Positions 1-12,627 are shown, counted from the stretch's first letter. The stretch is 64,000 nt of DNA from Eledone cirrhosa (GCA_964016885.1 OZ024751.1:23436001-23500000); one strand, 5' to 3'. Notes: generated by a model not told the origin, from the letters alone. Numbers and translations are program-made.

Positions 1-292
1 ATTAGCTCGAGATAACTTTAGCTCGAGATAACTGTTTTCTTATACCCAATTCCCTATCCACTCAACGAAAACGTATGAGGACGTAAAAGCTTATTGTATT
101 TCAAGACATTTGTTCAAACACTTTTTCTCTCTTTAGACAGTATAAATTGCCTCACGCGAGAAAGTTTAACACTTTTAATGTCAAACCACCGAAAATTACC
201 CTTCGTTTCACGATAAAAAAAATCTTTGGTAAAATATATTCTAAACAACAGCCTGATAATAAGAAAGTTAGTTACATTGCTATGTATTTATA

Positions 293-600
293 TATGGTCC
301 CGTAACTCCTGATAGAGTCGTAGGGGCTTCGTATTGACATACGGCGTTTCTTTGAAATTTTAGGCCTTGCGGAGCCCATCACTCTCCAGACCTGAGTACA
401 GCAGATTTCTTCCAGAGAAAGATAGAAAGTGAGAGAGAGAAAATGAGAAAAAGAGATAAGAGGTAGAATCGACCCCAGTACTAGACTGGTACTTTTTTTA
501 TCGACCTCGAAAGGATGAAAGGCAAAGTTGACCTCGGCGGGATTTGAACTCTGAGAGCAGAGAACCGAAGCGAGTATCATAAAGCATTCTATCCGACGTT
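293..600 (-). mobile_element. tRNA-derived Meta-domain-type SINE with long alternative 3' tail
   Basis: Reverse strand has box B gagttcaaatcc, then gccgaggtcaactttgcctttcatcctttcgaggtcgataaaa; tail 293-430 is homologous (inverted) to 63770-63910. Confidence 0.75.
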
Positions 601-602
601 CT

Positions 603-745
603 ATAATATTACTATATACGATGATATTACTATAACGTATGTATTACTATATACCTATATATTACTATATACGATGATATTACTATAACGTATGTATTAC
701 TATATACCTATATATTACTATATACGTATATATTACTATATACGA
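603..745. repeat. ~19-bp minisatellite (tatattactatatacg/cc...)
   Basis: About 7 imperfect tandem copies visible directly. Confidence 0.85.
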
Positions 746-1341
746 TTTCCACCTATAATATTATTATACTATATACACCTCAATTCTTGATTATCTTCAA
801 AGTTATTTGAACATTATTAGCAGTGTCTTTCATTAGAAATACGACAGTGAAAGGGTTAATATACGCTGGATTCACCTCGTTAATAGATCATTGCTTTACC
901 AACATTCTCATACATTCTAGAAATGAACGCCTGTAGCATTGGAGATTCAACTAAGGAAGCCAGTCGCCCTGGATGTCAAACGTCTATTTTAGTATTTCAA
1001 CAACTCTCTTATTCTCTTAAATTCATTTACAATATTCGGCTTCTACTATTACCAAGGTGCCTTTAGGGATTTACAGATATTGTTAGTGTGCTTCTATAAA
1101 CCACTACTGTTATAATTATTCATCTTCAGCAACAATGTTATAACTTGTAATTCAAATTCTGAATGATCAATTATACAAACTATTATGAATGGTGAAACTC
1201 ATTCCTATTCTAAAACTTGTTAGAATTTATAAACAATATTGTATTAAGTGAATGGACTGAGGAATGTCCACAATGTAATTGTATTATTGAGTTAAGGTCG
1301 ATGGTACATTGGTAGGTTGGAAGTTGTGCTCCTCCAAAATG

Positions 1342-1541
<200 letters not shown>

Positions 1542-1731
1542 GATAATTTAATATATCAACTAACATAGGCGCACAGATGTACGTCCATGCCAGCAAATAC
1601 ACAGGTTATGTCATAGTACCTAGGTGGTTCAATGCAGGAGGGTGCAGAACAATAATATAAAAGACGTAAAATAAGAAAATATCTTTTAAAAAAATTTTTA
1701 AAAAATTTTTTACTTACTTACTTAAATTTTC

Positions 1732-1813
1732 ACTCCAACTAATTAGTTTCTGCAATGGGATAAAGACAGTTACATAATCCAACTGTCGAGAATTCATTGC
1801 GTCATCAGGGAGT
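1732..1813 (-). ncRNA. Type I hammerhead ribozyme (family A)
   Basis: Reverse complement of the 2779-2860 motif. Confidence 0.85.
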
Positions 1814-2778
1814 CTATTCTCAGCTGAGCCTCCAGGCAATGCGCGGACACTGGCGGCTCATATAAAAATAATAATTCGGTAGAAAGAACAGCTAGGCGAG
1901 GACTGGATTCTATGTACTGAAATTCTCACTGCTTCCAGTCAAATGGCCGATTCTAAAGAATCAATCACGTGACATAGAGGCCAGTTAGAAGGAATGGGAT
2001 GGTAAGATGACTGACGCCTACTAACACCCCAAAAAAAATTTTGAAGTGGTTTTGGCAGGTTTGCTCGACAAATCAGTGATTTGGAGATAAATATAGATAA
2101 TTTAATATATCAACTAACATAGGCGCACAGATGTACGTCCATGCCAGCAAATACACAGGTTATGTCATAGTACCTAGGTGGTTCAATGCAGGAGGGTGCA
2201 GAACAATAATATAAAAGACGTAAAATAAGAAAATATCTTTTAAAAAAATTTAAAAAAATTTTTTTACTTACTTACTTAAATTTAAAAAAAAAAAAAAAAT
2301 TTTTTTTAAAAAAAAATAAAAAAAAAAAATAATTTTTTTTAAATTTTTTTAAAAGATATTTTCTTATTTTACGTCTTTTATATTATTGTTCTGCACCCTC
2401 CTGCATTGAACCACCTAGGTACTATGACATAACCTGTGTATTTGCTGGCATGGACGTACATCTGTGCGCCTATGTTAGTTGATATATTAAATTATCTATA
2501 TTTATCTCCAAATCACTGATTTGTCGAGCAAACCTGCCAAAACCACTTCAAAATTTTTTTTGGGGTGTTAGTAGGCGTCAGTCATCTTACCATCCCATTC
2601 CTTCTAACTGGCCTCTATGTCACGTGATTGATTCTTTAGAATCGGCCATTTGACTGGAAGCAGTGAGAATTTCAGTACATAGAATCCAGTCCTCGCCTAG
2701 CTGTTCTTTCTAATGAATTATTATTTTTATATGAGCCGCCAGTGTCCGCGCATTGCCTGGAGGCTCAGCTGAGAATAG

Positions 2779-2860
2779 ACTCCCTGATGACGCAATGAAT
2801 TCTCGACAGTTGGATTATGTAACTGTCTTTATCCCATTGCAGAAACTAATTAGTTGGAGT
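2779..2860 (+). ncRNA. Type I hammerhead ribozyme (family A)
   Basis: actcc CTGATGA c gcaatg..gacagtt/aactgtc..cattgc a GAAA ctaattag TT ggagt: stem I actcc/ggagt, extended stem II, palindromic stem III, GUU cleavage after 2855. Confidence 0.88.
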
Positions 2861-3024
2861 GAAAATTTAAGTAAGTAAGTAAAAAATTTTTAAAAAATTT
2901 TTTTAAAAGATATTTTCTTATTTTACGTCTTTTATATATATATATATATGTATATATATATGCATATATATGTGTGTATATGTATATATATGTATATATA
3001 CATACACACACACAGACACACACA

Positions 3025-3087
<63 letters not shown>

Positions 3088-3551
3088 TTACGAAACCAAA
3101 TAAATGCGTAGTAAAATCGAATGTGCGAAAGATCATGTGGTTTTACGAAACAGAATTCTAAAGCCACAGAGCCATGCATGCACCTAATAGTCTTAAAAAG
3201 GAATGGGAGATTAGGAAAAATGCTTCCTACCAGATAAACATTTTCTATCAAGAAATAGGAAAATGAACTCATTTTAGTTTGTTTTTATTGTTGCTGAAAT
3301 GTATGAAAAACAAGGGTTGGCTTGCATCAAACTATTTTCTATATATCTTTCTATGAAAAGACAAGGATTTTCCCGCTGGCAACACACCATAAAATAGAAG
3401 TAAGCTGCAATGAAAGCATAATAGCAGCAACGTTTTAAAAATAACGCCAGCATCATTTCTCTCAGAATAATAGCGAATCAACCACCTAAGGATTCGAATA
3501 TAACTGCAGAATACAAAACATTTGTTTGTACCACATCGAATGGCGTTGAAG

Positions 3552-3737
3552 AATATATTGTTCATCACATTTTGCTATAAGATATCGATAGAAAACAAGA
3601 AGAATATATAAAGATATATAAATGACGAAGAAAAATTCGCTTAAATTCTGTTATACACACGCACTATCTATCTATGTACCCTCTCTCACTCTCTTTCCCT
3701 CTCTCTCTTTCACTTTCTCTCTCTCTCTCTCTATCCA

Positions 3738-3808
<71 letters not shown>

Positions 3809-3933
3809 TACATATATATAGATACATATCTGTATGAGTGTGTATACATATATACACAGAAAGAGAGAGAGAGATAAATGTATGTGGTTTAAGACTGTGT
3901 TTTTGTATCTCTGTGGTTGTCTTGTCATATCTT

Positions 3934-3980
<47 letters not shown>

Positions 3981-4170
3981 TAGATAGAGAGAGAGAGAGA
4001 GAAAGTGAGAGAGAGAGAGAGGGAAAGAGAGTGAGAGAGGGTACATAGATAGATAGTGTGTGTGTATAACAGAATTTAAGCGAATTTTTCTTCGTCATTT
4101 ATATATCTTTATATATTCTTCTTGTTTTCTATCGATATCTTATAGCAAAATGTGATGAACAATATATTAT
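3552..4170. repeat. Inverted duplication of flanking DNA (3552-3730 vs 3979-4170) around (TA)n tracts
   Basis: ttcatcacattttgctataagatatcgatag... is mirrored as ctatcgatatcttatagcaaaatgtgatgaa. Confidence 0.9.
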
Positions 4171-4227
<57 letters not shown>

Positions 4228-4230
<3 letters not shown>

Positions 4231-4303
4231 ATAATAATAAATTTGAAGACAAACCCCGTTAAGGGTGAAAGCAGCGATTCTTTGCTTTAACTTTAATCTG
4301 TTA

Positions 4304-4310
<7 letters not shown>
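4228..4310. mobile_element. Family D HHR-element, short head-to-head fragment in (TA)n
   Basis: Matches 20161-20400; retains only the HHR 3' part (cccgttaagggtGAAAgcagcgattctttgc). Confidence 0.8.
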
Positions 4311-4361
<51 letters not shown>

Positions 4362-4369
<8 letters not shown>

Positions 4370-4462
4370 GCAGAAGCGAAAACCAACCAAACAGTGAATG
4401 TGTTCTGTTATTATTTCTGGCAATAGTATTACCACAATATGACCCTCCTCAAGTATAACAAT
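4362..4462 (+). mobile_element. 3' terminal fragment of Neptune-like PLE (family F) in (TA)n
   Basis: agaagcgaaaaccaaccaaacagtg...gaccctcctcaagtataacaata matches 55860-55950. Confidence 0.85.
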
Positions 4463-4898
4463 ATATATATATATAGTGGTAAACTAAATATATATATATA
4501 TAGCTTACCACTATATATATATATATAGAGCTTACTACTATATATATAAGTAGAAAGTCAACAGGTCAAATCATATTTCATGTTGATACAGATTGGAAAG
4601 GCAAAATTAATATAAAATTAATGTAATCTATTATGGGCATGCTTGCCAAATTTAATAAAAGCGGTGTCAAGTAATATAACGATGTTTGGCAGAGAAGTTA
4701 TGAAATTTAGATATGAAATTGTTAAAATAAGTAAACAGACAAATAAATATTATCAACAGAAAAACACACGGATACGTATAGATAGATTGCTTAGGGAATT
4801 TCCTCGACTTACAGGCGCTGGTAATATTCCAATTTTAACGCAGAGAGTACGTAATTTACAAGTAATAAAATGACGGGACAACAACAATAACTACAGCA

Positions 4899-4929
<31 letters not shown>

Positions 4930-4961
4930 CAATAATAATAACAATAATAATAATAATAACA

Positions 4962-5205
4962 ATAATTGTTTCTACTTTAGGCACAAGGCCAGCAATTACC
5001 CAGTGCATTACTGGTATAACAATAATAATTGTTTCTACGTTTGGCACAAGGCCAGCAAATACCCAGTGCATTACTGGTACTTTATTTTATCGACTCTGTA
5101 AGGATGAAAGGCAAAGTTATCCTCGGCGGGATTTGAACTCAGAATGGCAAGGACCGTAACTCTATACATCAAAGCATGGCGTCCGACCCTCTACCAATAC
5201 TGCCA
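4962..5205 (-). mobile_element. Meta-domain-type tRNA SINE with duplicated 3' tail
   Basis: Reverse complement of the consensus at 63153-63342 (box A tggcagtattgg, box B gagttcaaatcc). Confidence 0.9.
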
Positions 5206-5227
5206 ATAACAATAATAATACTACAAC

Positions 5228-6262
5228 ATGTTCCACAAGAGGAGTGATGTCGATAGACTCTACTTAAGGAGATCTGAAGGTGGAAGAGGTCTTATCAGCA
5301 TAGAGGACTGTGTTCAGATGGAGAAAAACAACCTGCACAAATATGTGACTGGTAGTAGGGAGCCAATGCTTAGAATTGTACTGAAGGAGAGGACAATAGA
5401 CCAGGGGATGTCCAAGGAGGAAATAACAAGGAGAAAGAGCAACCTTCATGAAAAATTCCATCATAGTACCTTCTTCGAGAAAACTGATTCAGAGATCCAC
5501 AGACATAGAACTGGTTAAAAAGAGGAGACATTAAAAAGGCTACAGAAGGAATGCTAATGGCTGCGCAAGAGCAGGCCCTCAAAACGAAGTGGCTGAAACA
5601 CCATATTTACAAGGAGGAGGTCAGCCCACTGTGCAGGATCTGTGGAGAGAGAGAGGAAACTGTGGCTCACATTGTATCCGAGTGTAAACACCTAGCCCAG
5701 ACTCACTATAAAGGCTGGCGACATGATGTGATGGGCAGGGTGATCCACTGGCACCTATGCAAAGTAAACAATTTACCACATTCTGAGAAGTGGTATGAGC
5801 ATAAGCCAGTGTCGGTGATAGAAAACGATCAGGTGAAGGTACTGTGGGATTTTAGGATATAGACGGACAAGAAATTAGAACACAATAGACCTGACCTGGT
5901 GGTTTTGCACAAGGAAAAAAGATCGTGCCTGATTGTGGATGTGGCCTGCCCATTCGACACGAGAGTGCAAGAGAAGGAGAGGGAAAAAATTAACCGATAC
6001 CAGGACTTAAAGTGGGAGGTAAAAAGGATTTGGAACTGCCATGAAGTCAAAGTGGTCCCGATTGTCATAGGCGCACTAGGTACTATCTCAAAAAGTTTCC
6101 AGGGATGGTTAAAGAAAATTGGCCTCGCCACGCTTTTTGGAACGCTTCAAAAGGCATGCTTGCTGGGAACAGCAAGAATCCTCCGATACGTCCTGAATAT
6201 CTGAGGCTTCATTTCAACAAACTTTCCAGTTAACTAACATCATTGACTGAGACTCAAAGAAC
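5228..6262 (+). pseudogene. 5'-truncated R4/Dong-like non-LTR retrotransposon (end of RT region, CCHC knuckle, restriction-like endonuclease, 3' UTR) in (AAT)n
   Basis: DRLYLRRSEGGRGL; LMAAQEQAL; CRICGEREETVAHIVSEC; RHD; RPDLVV..IVDVACP..EKINRY..L; VPIVIGALG; frameshift and stop; ends at (AAT)n. Confidence 0.93.
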
Positions 6263-6759
6263 AATAACAATAATAATAATAATAATAATTATAATCATGA
6301 TGTGTATGATGTTGATAATGATGATGATGATAGAAATAACAATAATAATAATAACAATAATAACAAGGATGATGATGACGATGATGATGATGATTATGAA
6401 GATGATGATTAACAATGATAAGTTCACATGACAATTACATTTGTGGAACCGTTTGCAAAATTGATGGATGTGTGCCCGAAGACCTCATATAATAATAAGA
6501 AAAGAAAAGAAAAACACTCTGTTTCGTTGTTGTATATTATCAAAAACACTTGATTTCTCTGTAAATTGATTATGAAAAAAAAAACATAAAAAAAAAACCA
6601 ACCAAACGATAATTGAAATCAACATTAATTTTGGTGCTATTTCGAAAAAAAAAAAAAAATATTGGCACCGCTCAATCGAAATTCAACAGTTACTTTATTC
6701 ATTATTGAGTTAAGTTCTATATTTTATGCTTAATAGGCATAATTTTCTATACAGATAAT

Positions 6760-6912
6760 AAACACAACCACAAGGATATGGTCCGAACGTGGAAGAGCCG
6801 AACTCCCATTGTCATCACCTCCATCTCTCTCGCCCTCTCCATCTCTCTGTATGGTGAGCAAATGGGGTTCCACGTGCTGGCTTTCCCACATCACCGTCGG
6901 TCAGAATGGAGA
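6760..6912 (-). mobile_element. 3' part of a third SINE family (copy of 60020-60245)
   Basis: caaggatatggtccgaacgtggaagagccgaactcc is the reverse complement of 60195-60232. Confidence 0.8.
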
Positions 6913-7120
6913 AATACATGTAGTTCATTGAAAAACAATTCTCGAAATCATTAAAAAGACGACAAACTATCACTCTCATTTAGTCTAATGAGTAATAGTT
7001 GCCAATAGTTTTATGATTTGTTTATCACTTCGTCTTAACCAAACCTGTTTTACGTACTTTTACAGTTTAAGTTTACAACTGTTTATCATGCAAACATGTA
7101 TCTTTAACGCACCTAGAATA

Positions 7121-8332
7121 AAACAATGTTTCCATTAGTCTTTCCAAGTAAACAATGTTTCCATTAGTCTTCCCAAGGAAACAATGTTTCCATTAGTCTT
7201 CCCAAGGAAACAATGTTTCCATTAGTCTTCCCAAGGAAACAATGTTTCCATTAGTCTTCCCAAGGAAACAATGTTTCCATTAGTCTTTCCAAGTAAACAA
7301 TGTTTCCATTAGTCTTCCCAAGGAAACAATGTTTCCATTAGTCTTCCCAAGGAAACAATGTTTCCATTAGTCTTTCCAAGTAAACAATGTTTCCATTAGT
7401 CTTCTCAAGGAAACAATGTTTCCATTAGTCTTCCCAAGGAAACAATGTTTCCATTAGTCTTCCCAAGGAAACAATGTTTCCATTAGTCTTCCCAAGGAAA
7501 CAATGTTTCCATTAGTCTTTCCAAGAAAACAATGTTTCCATTAGTCTTTCCAAGGAAACAATGTTTCCATTAGTCTTCCCAAGTAAACAATGTTTCCATT
7601 AGTCTTCCCAAGGAAACAATGTTTCCATTAGTCTTTCCAAGTAAACAATGTTTCCATTAGTCTTTCCAAGAAAACAATGTTTCCATTAGTCTTTCCAAGG
7701 AAACAATGTTTCCATTAGTCTTCCCAAGTAAACAATGTTTCCATTAGTCTTCCCAAGGAAACAATGTTTCCATTAGTCTTCCCAAGGAAACAATGTTTCC
7801 ATTAGTCTTCCCAAGGAAACAATGTTTCCATTAGTCTTTCCAAGAAAACAATGTTTCCATTAGTCTTCCCAAGGAAACAATGTTTCCATTAGTCTTCCCA
7901 AGTAAACAATGTTTCCATTAGTCTTCCCAAGGAAACAATGTTTCCATTAGTCTTTCCAAGTAAACAATGTTTCCATTAGTCTTCCCAAGGAAACAATGTT
8001 TCCATTAGTCTTCCCAAGGAAACAATGTTTCCATTAGTCTTCCCAAGGAAACAATGTTTCCATTAGTCTTTCCAAGAAAACAATGTTTCCATTAGTCTTC
8101 CCAAGAAAATAATGTTTCCATTAGTCTTTCTAAGGAATCAATGCTTCCGTTGGTCTTCCCAAGGAAACAATGTTTCCATTAGTCTTCCCAAGGAAACAAT
8201 GTTTCCATTAGTCTTCCCAAGGAAACAATGTTTCCATTAGTCTTCCCAAGGAAACAATGTTTCCATTAGTCTTTCTAAGGAAACGATGTTTCCATTAGTC
8301 TTTCTAAGGAAACGATGCTTCTGTTGATCTTT
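7121..8332. repeat. 29-bp tandem satellite, ~41 copies (aaacaatgtttccattagtcttcccaagg)
   Basis: Head-to-tail units without spacers; internal palindrome ggaaaca-a-tgtttcc; the last units grade into a CORE-SINE remnant. Confidence 0.97.
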
Positions 8333-8456
8333 CCGTTGCTGATACTATCAGATGGTTCAAACTCAGGGCAAAACGATCAAGATGAAATGAAATATTTTAA
8401 CCAAGAACACAACACGCCGCCTTCCCTCCAAACTCCGGGGAATCGAACCGACGATC
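8311..8456 (-). mobile_element. Old CORE-type SINE remnant contiguous with the satellite
   Basis: gatctttccgttgctgatactatc...ggaatcgaacc aligns with 11760-11880. Confidence 0.65.
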
Positions 8457-8459
8457 TAA

Positions 8460-8648
8460 TAAATGTTTCTATTTTTTTGCACAATGCCAGCAATTATCCC
8501 AGTGCATTACTGGTACTTTATTTTATCGACCTCGTAAGGATGAAAGGCAAAGTTGATCTCAGCGGGATTCGAACTCAGATCATAAAGGGCCATAACTCTA
8601 TGCTGCAAAGCATGGCGTCCGACCCTCTCCTGATACTGACAATCCACA
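8460..8648 (-). mobile_element. Meta-domain-type tRNA SINE
   Basis: Matches the family consensus. Confidence 0.9.
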
Positions 8649-9042
8649 ATACTCATCCATCCAATACCATAACCACTAAACCACACAACTTCACTACTAT
8701 GTAGAATCATACTACAATATTGAATTGAAAGACTTAAACAGGTAAATAAATACACTCAAATCTAAATGTATTTTGCATCGAGACAAAAGGACGCAGCATG
8801 GGTTATCAGGATTCGAATTAAAGAATTAAAAAAAACATATTGACTAAATAACTGTTCGCACCAATTCATACTAAGAGTTATTGCCAACACTGTGTGAAGG
8901 TGTGTGCATATTTTTCTCTTCATTCCCTTTATCAGTACATCAATAGACAACTTGACTTCAACCTTCTGTTTCTCTATGATCTTATTAAATCATAAAAAAG
9001 TTATTCGGGCATACATATAAAGTATGTATGTTTGTGAGTGTG

Positions 9043-9471
<429 letters not shown>

Positions 9472-9473
<2 letters not shown>

Positions 9474-9666
9474 CACCTTGACCGACCAGTCTGTCGGGTG
9501 CCAATCGGCGCCGCTGGTCACAGCACGTCGTGCTGTTTTAGCCATAAGATAACGCCATCCCACTGGCTAAGCGGGCAGGCTGGTACTCATTTCTACAGCT
9601 GTGTAAACTGGAGTAACGTGAAATAAAGTGTCTTGCTCAAGGAAACAACACATCACCCGGTCAGAG

Positions 9667-9668
<2 letters not shown>
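9472..9668 (-). mobile_element. CORE-type SINE fragment
   Basis: aacgtgaaataaagtgtcttgctcaagga core segment. Confidence 0.75.
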
Positions 9669-9738
<70 letters not shown>

Positions 9739-9819
9739 TATATATTTATGAGGAAAAACACAAATACGCATACACATATAAACACACAACTATATAACTG
9801 TTAACATATAATATTTTAT

Positions 9820-9853
<34 letters not shown>

Positions 9854-9890
9854 ATGTATATATATATATATAAAATATATATATATATAC

Positions 9891-9938
<48 letters not shown>

Positions 9939-10606
9939 ATATAAAAGACTATATGTTAACGGTTATATAGTTGTGTGTATATATGTGTATGCGTATTTGT
10001 GTTTTTCCTCATAACTTAACCTTTGAAGCTAAACGTGATGCAATCTATATTTTATTTGGTTTTATCTGAAGCACTTAATAACCTGCGTTGCTAATGACGA
10101 TGAACGTCTTGAAATTTAGACGTCGTGTGTAGTTCGTGGGTGTATCGATCTGTATGCCTTTGTGTGTGTGAATTTATCTGTGTGAATGTGTGTGTGAATA
10201 TATATATATGTATGTGTGTGTGTGTGTGAATTTAGATCTGTATGTGTGTGTGTGTCTGAATATATATGTGTGTGTTTGTGTGTGTGAATTTATATCTGTA
10301 TGTGTGTGTGTGAATTTATATATGTATGTGTGTATGAACATACAAACATCTGTGTGTATGTTCATGAACCTGCATCTGTGTGTGTGTGTATGTGTGAATT
10401 TGTATCTGTATCTGTATCTGTATCTGTGTGGGTGTATGTGGATTTATATCTGTATGTGTGTTTGTATGTGCGGATGTGAATACGCCTTTGTATCTATATG
10501 TGTGTGTATGTGTGTATGTGTGTGTGTGTGAATGTATCTCTCTATGTGTGGATGTAAACATGCCTCTGTGCGCGCATGTGAATGTAGCTCTGTGTGTCTG
10601 CATGTA

Positions 10607-10654
<48 letters not shown>

Positions 10655-11516
10655 CATGCCTCTGTATTTGTGTAAGAGCATGTGAATGTATGTCTGTGTG
10701 TCTGCATGTCTATATGTATGTATGCGTGGACTTGCCTCTGTATCTGTGTGAGAGCATGTGAATGTATCTTTCGAGGTCAATAAAAAGATGTACCAGTCAA
10801 GTACTAAGCTTAATATCGATTTTTAAAACCTTCACTCACCCCCAAAATGTTTACTGCCATTGAGACTAGATTCGAAACCAGAGGGTGGAGGATTTGTAGA
10901 ACTGGTAGCGCATCAGATAAAAGGCCATTGCGGGATTTGATCTGGCTCTTCACATTTTGAATTCCCCCGAAATTGCTAGCCATGGGACTAAATTAAAAAT
11001 CAATATTCCCTTCACATTAGCAGAAACTTTAGAGAGTCGGATAAAATGCTTTGCGGTATATAGTCACGGCTTTTTTTATGTTCTGAGTTCAAATTACGCC
11101 GTGACCAGATTTAAGTATCATCCTCCCCAGGTCGATGAAATAAAGTACCTGTCAGGTTGATTTTATCAGTTTTGCCCTTCCCTCAAATTTGCTGCCCTTG
11201 AACTTAAATTTTAAATTCATATTTCTTTCATATCATACATCATGCCTCACTAACCCCCCTCCTAATACTATCAATGTCGAGATATTTATATATTTCAACA
11301 AACATATTTTGTAGAGTATGTAAAATGGAATTACTAGAAGTGACAGTCGTATATTCATGTTTTGGCATATTGTATTCTCTATAAGCATACATAGTCTTCT
11401 TTACTTATATCTAGCATCATTCCTCCGCATGGAAATCTATTTGTGAAATTTACCTTACAATATTTGACAGTATCTGACACATGTGATTTTTCTGTAACTC
11501 ATGGGATATATATATA

Positions 11517-11700
11517 TAATGAGATCTTTAATATATCTCATATAAAATAATACACCCAATTATCCACACAATACAATATAGTTAGCACTCCAAACGTTTA
11601 ATTGGGAATATACTCCGGTATTTCCTAATGTTTGTTGAGTGAGTTGGAAATTGGTCGGAGTATCGCTATTAGCTTTCTCCGTTTATGTAATTATGTATAT
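11517..11700 (+). mobile_element. (TA)n-associated repeat family fragment; inverted copy at 12292-12495 and diverged copy at 45345-45510
   Basis: gttagcactccaaacgtttaattggg...cctaatgtttgttgagtgag shared by the three copies. Confidence 0.75.
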
Positions 11701-11713
11701 ATATAGAAGAAAG

Positions 11714-11929
11714 AACGATCGACTTTCGTCAAATCGAACCGAGGGAACAATGTTTCCGTTGGTCTTTCCAATTGCTAATACTATCTATCGGTCGCAACTC
11801 CAGGTAGAAGGAGCAACGTGAAATAAAGTGTCTTGCTCAAGGACATAACGCATCACCTGGTCCAGGAATCGAACTCACAACCTTACGATTGCGAATCCAA
11901 TTCTCTAACCACTCAGCCACACGTCTTCA

Positions 11930-11930
<1 letters not shown>
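11714..11930 (-). mobile_element. Full-length CORE-type tRNA SINE
   Basis: Reverse strand: box A tggctgagtgg, box B gagttcgattcc, gtccttgagcaagacactttatttcac; matches 32406-32620. Confidence 0.9.
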
Positions 11931-11972
<42 letters not shown>

Positions 11973-12001
11973 TGTATATATATTTATATATATATATATA
12001 T

Positions 12002-12194
12002 AGTTTTAATATAGATTAGATTCTACAGGACTAGAACTGTTTCATTCTTTAGAAATCATCATGATTCCTGATGATTTCTAAAGAATGAAACAGTTCTGTA
12101 GAATCTCATCTATATTAAAACTTTTATACTCTGCAATGTATTGAGTACCTTACTTACTGTGGTTACCTCCGACTCAACCCGGAATAACGTACGT
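12002..12194. mobile_element. Head-to-head HHR insertion in (TA)n (family C); other copies at 17955-18076 and 53909-53985
   Basis: Inverted arms; shared tail ...gagtaccttacttactgtggttacctccgactcaacccggaataacgt(TA)n. Confidence 0.85.
12063..12105 (+). ncRNA. Type I hammerhead ribozyme (family C)
   Basis: gattc CTGATGA t ttct aa agaa t GAAA cag tt ctg TA gaatc; stem I gattc/gaatc, GUA cleavage. Confidence 0.82.
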
Positions 12195-12234
12195 ATATAT
12201 ATATATATATATATATGTATTTATATATATATAT

Positions 12235-12291
<57 letters not shown>

Positions 12292-12579
12292 TATAATTAC
12301 ATAAACGGAGAAAACTAATAGCGATACTCCGACCAATTTCCAACTCACTCAACAAACATTAGGAAATACCGGAGTATATTCCCAATTAAACGTTTGGAGT
12401 GCTAACTATATTGTATTGTGTGGAGAATTGGGTGTATTATTTTATATGAGATATATTAAAGATCTCATTTCCCAAACGAATCGTTTTATTGTAAGATATA
12501 TACATATACATTTATATATACATATACATTTATATATATATAAATATACATTTATATATATATATATATATATATATAC

Positions 12580-12627
<48 letters not shown>

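Larger units (their letters stand above)
166..859. mobile_element. Degenerate non-autonomous piggyBac-like MITE interrupted by a SINE and a minisatellite
   Basis: Ends TTAAcactttt (166) and gaaagggTTAA (859) resemble TTAA-CCCTTT/AAAGGG-TTAA termini; a related degenerate AT-rich stretch occurs in reverse orientation near 59815-59990. Confidence 0.4.
1541..2934. mobile_element. Retrozyme/non-autonomous PLE-like insertion: 554-bp non-coding monomer as ~1.3 copies (- strand, 1541-2282) plus ~1.1 copies (+ strand, ~2335-2934), head-to-head in (TA)n
   Basis: agataatttaatatatcaac at 1541 recurs at 2095; 2341-2934 is the reverse complement; each arm carries one HHR. Confidence 0.85.

Noticed and set aside
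7121-8332. CRISPR-like array (29-bp palindromic repeats)
   Set aside because: Units are contiguous with no unique spacers, there are no cas genes, the context is eukaryotic, and the unit derives from a SINE
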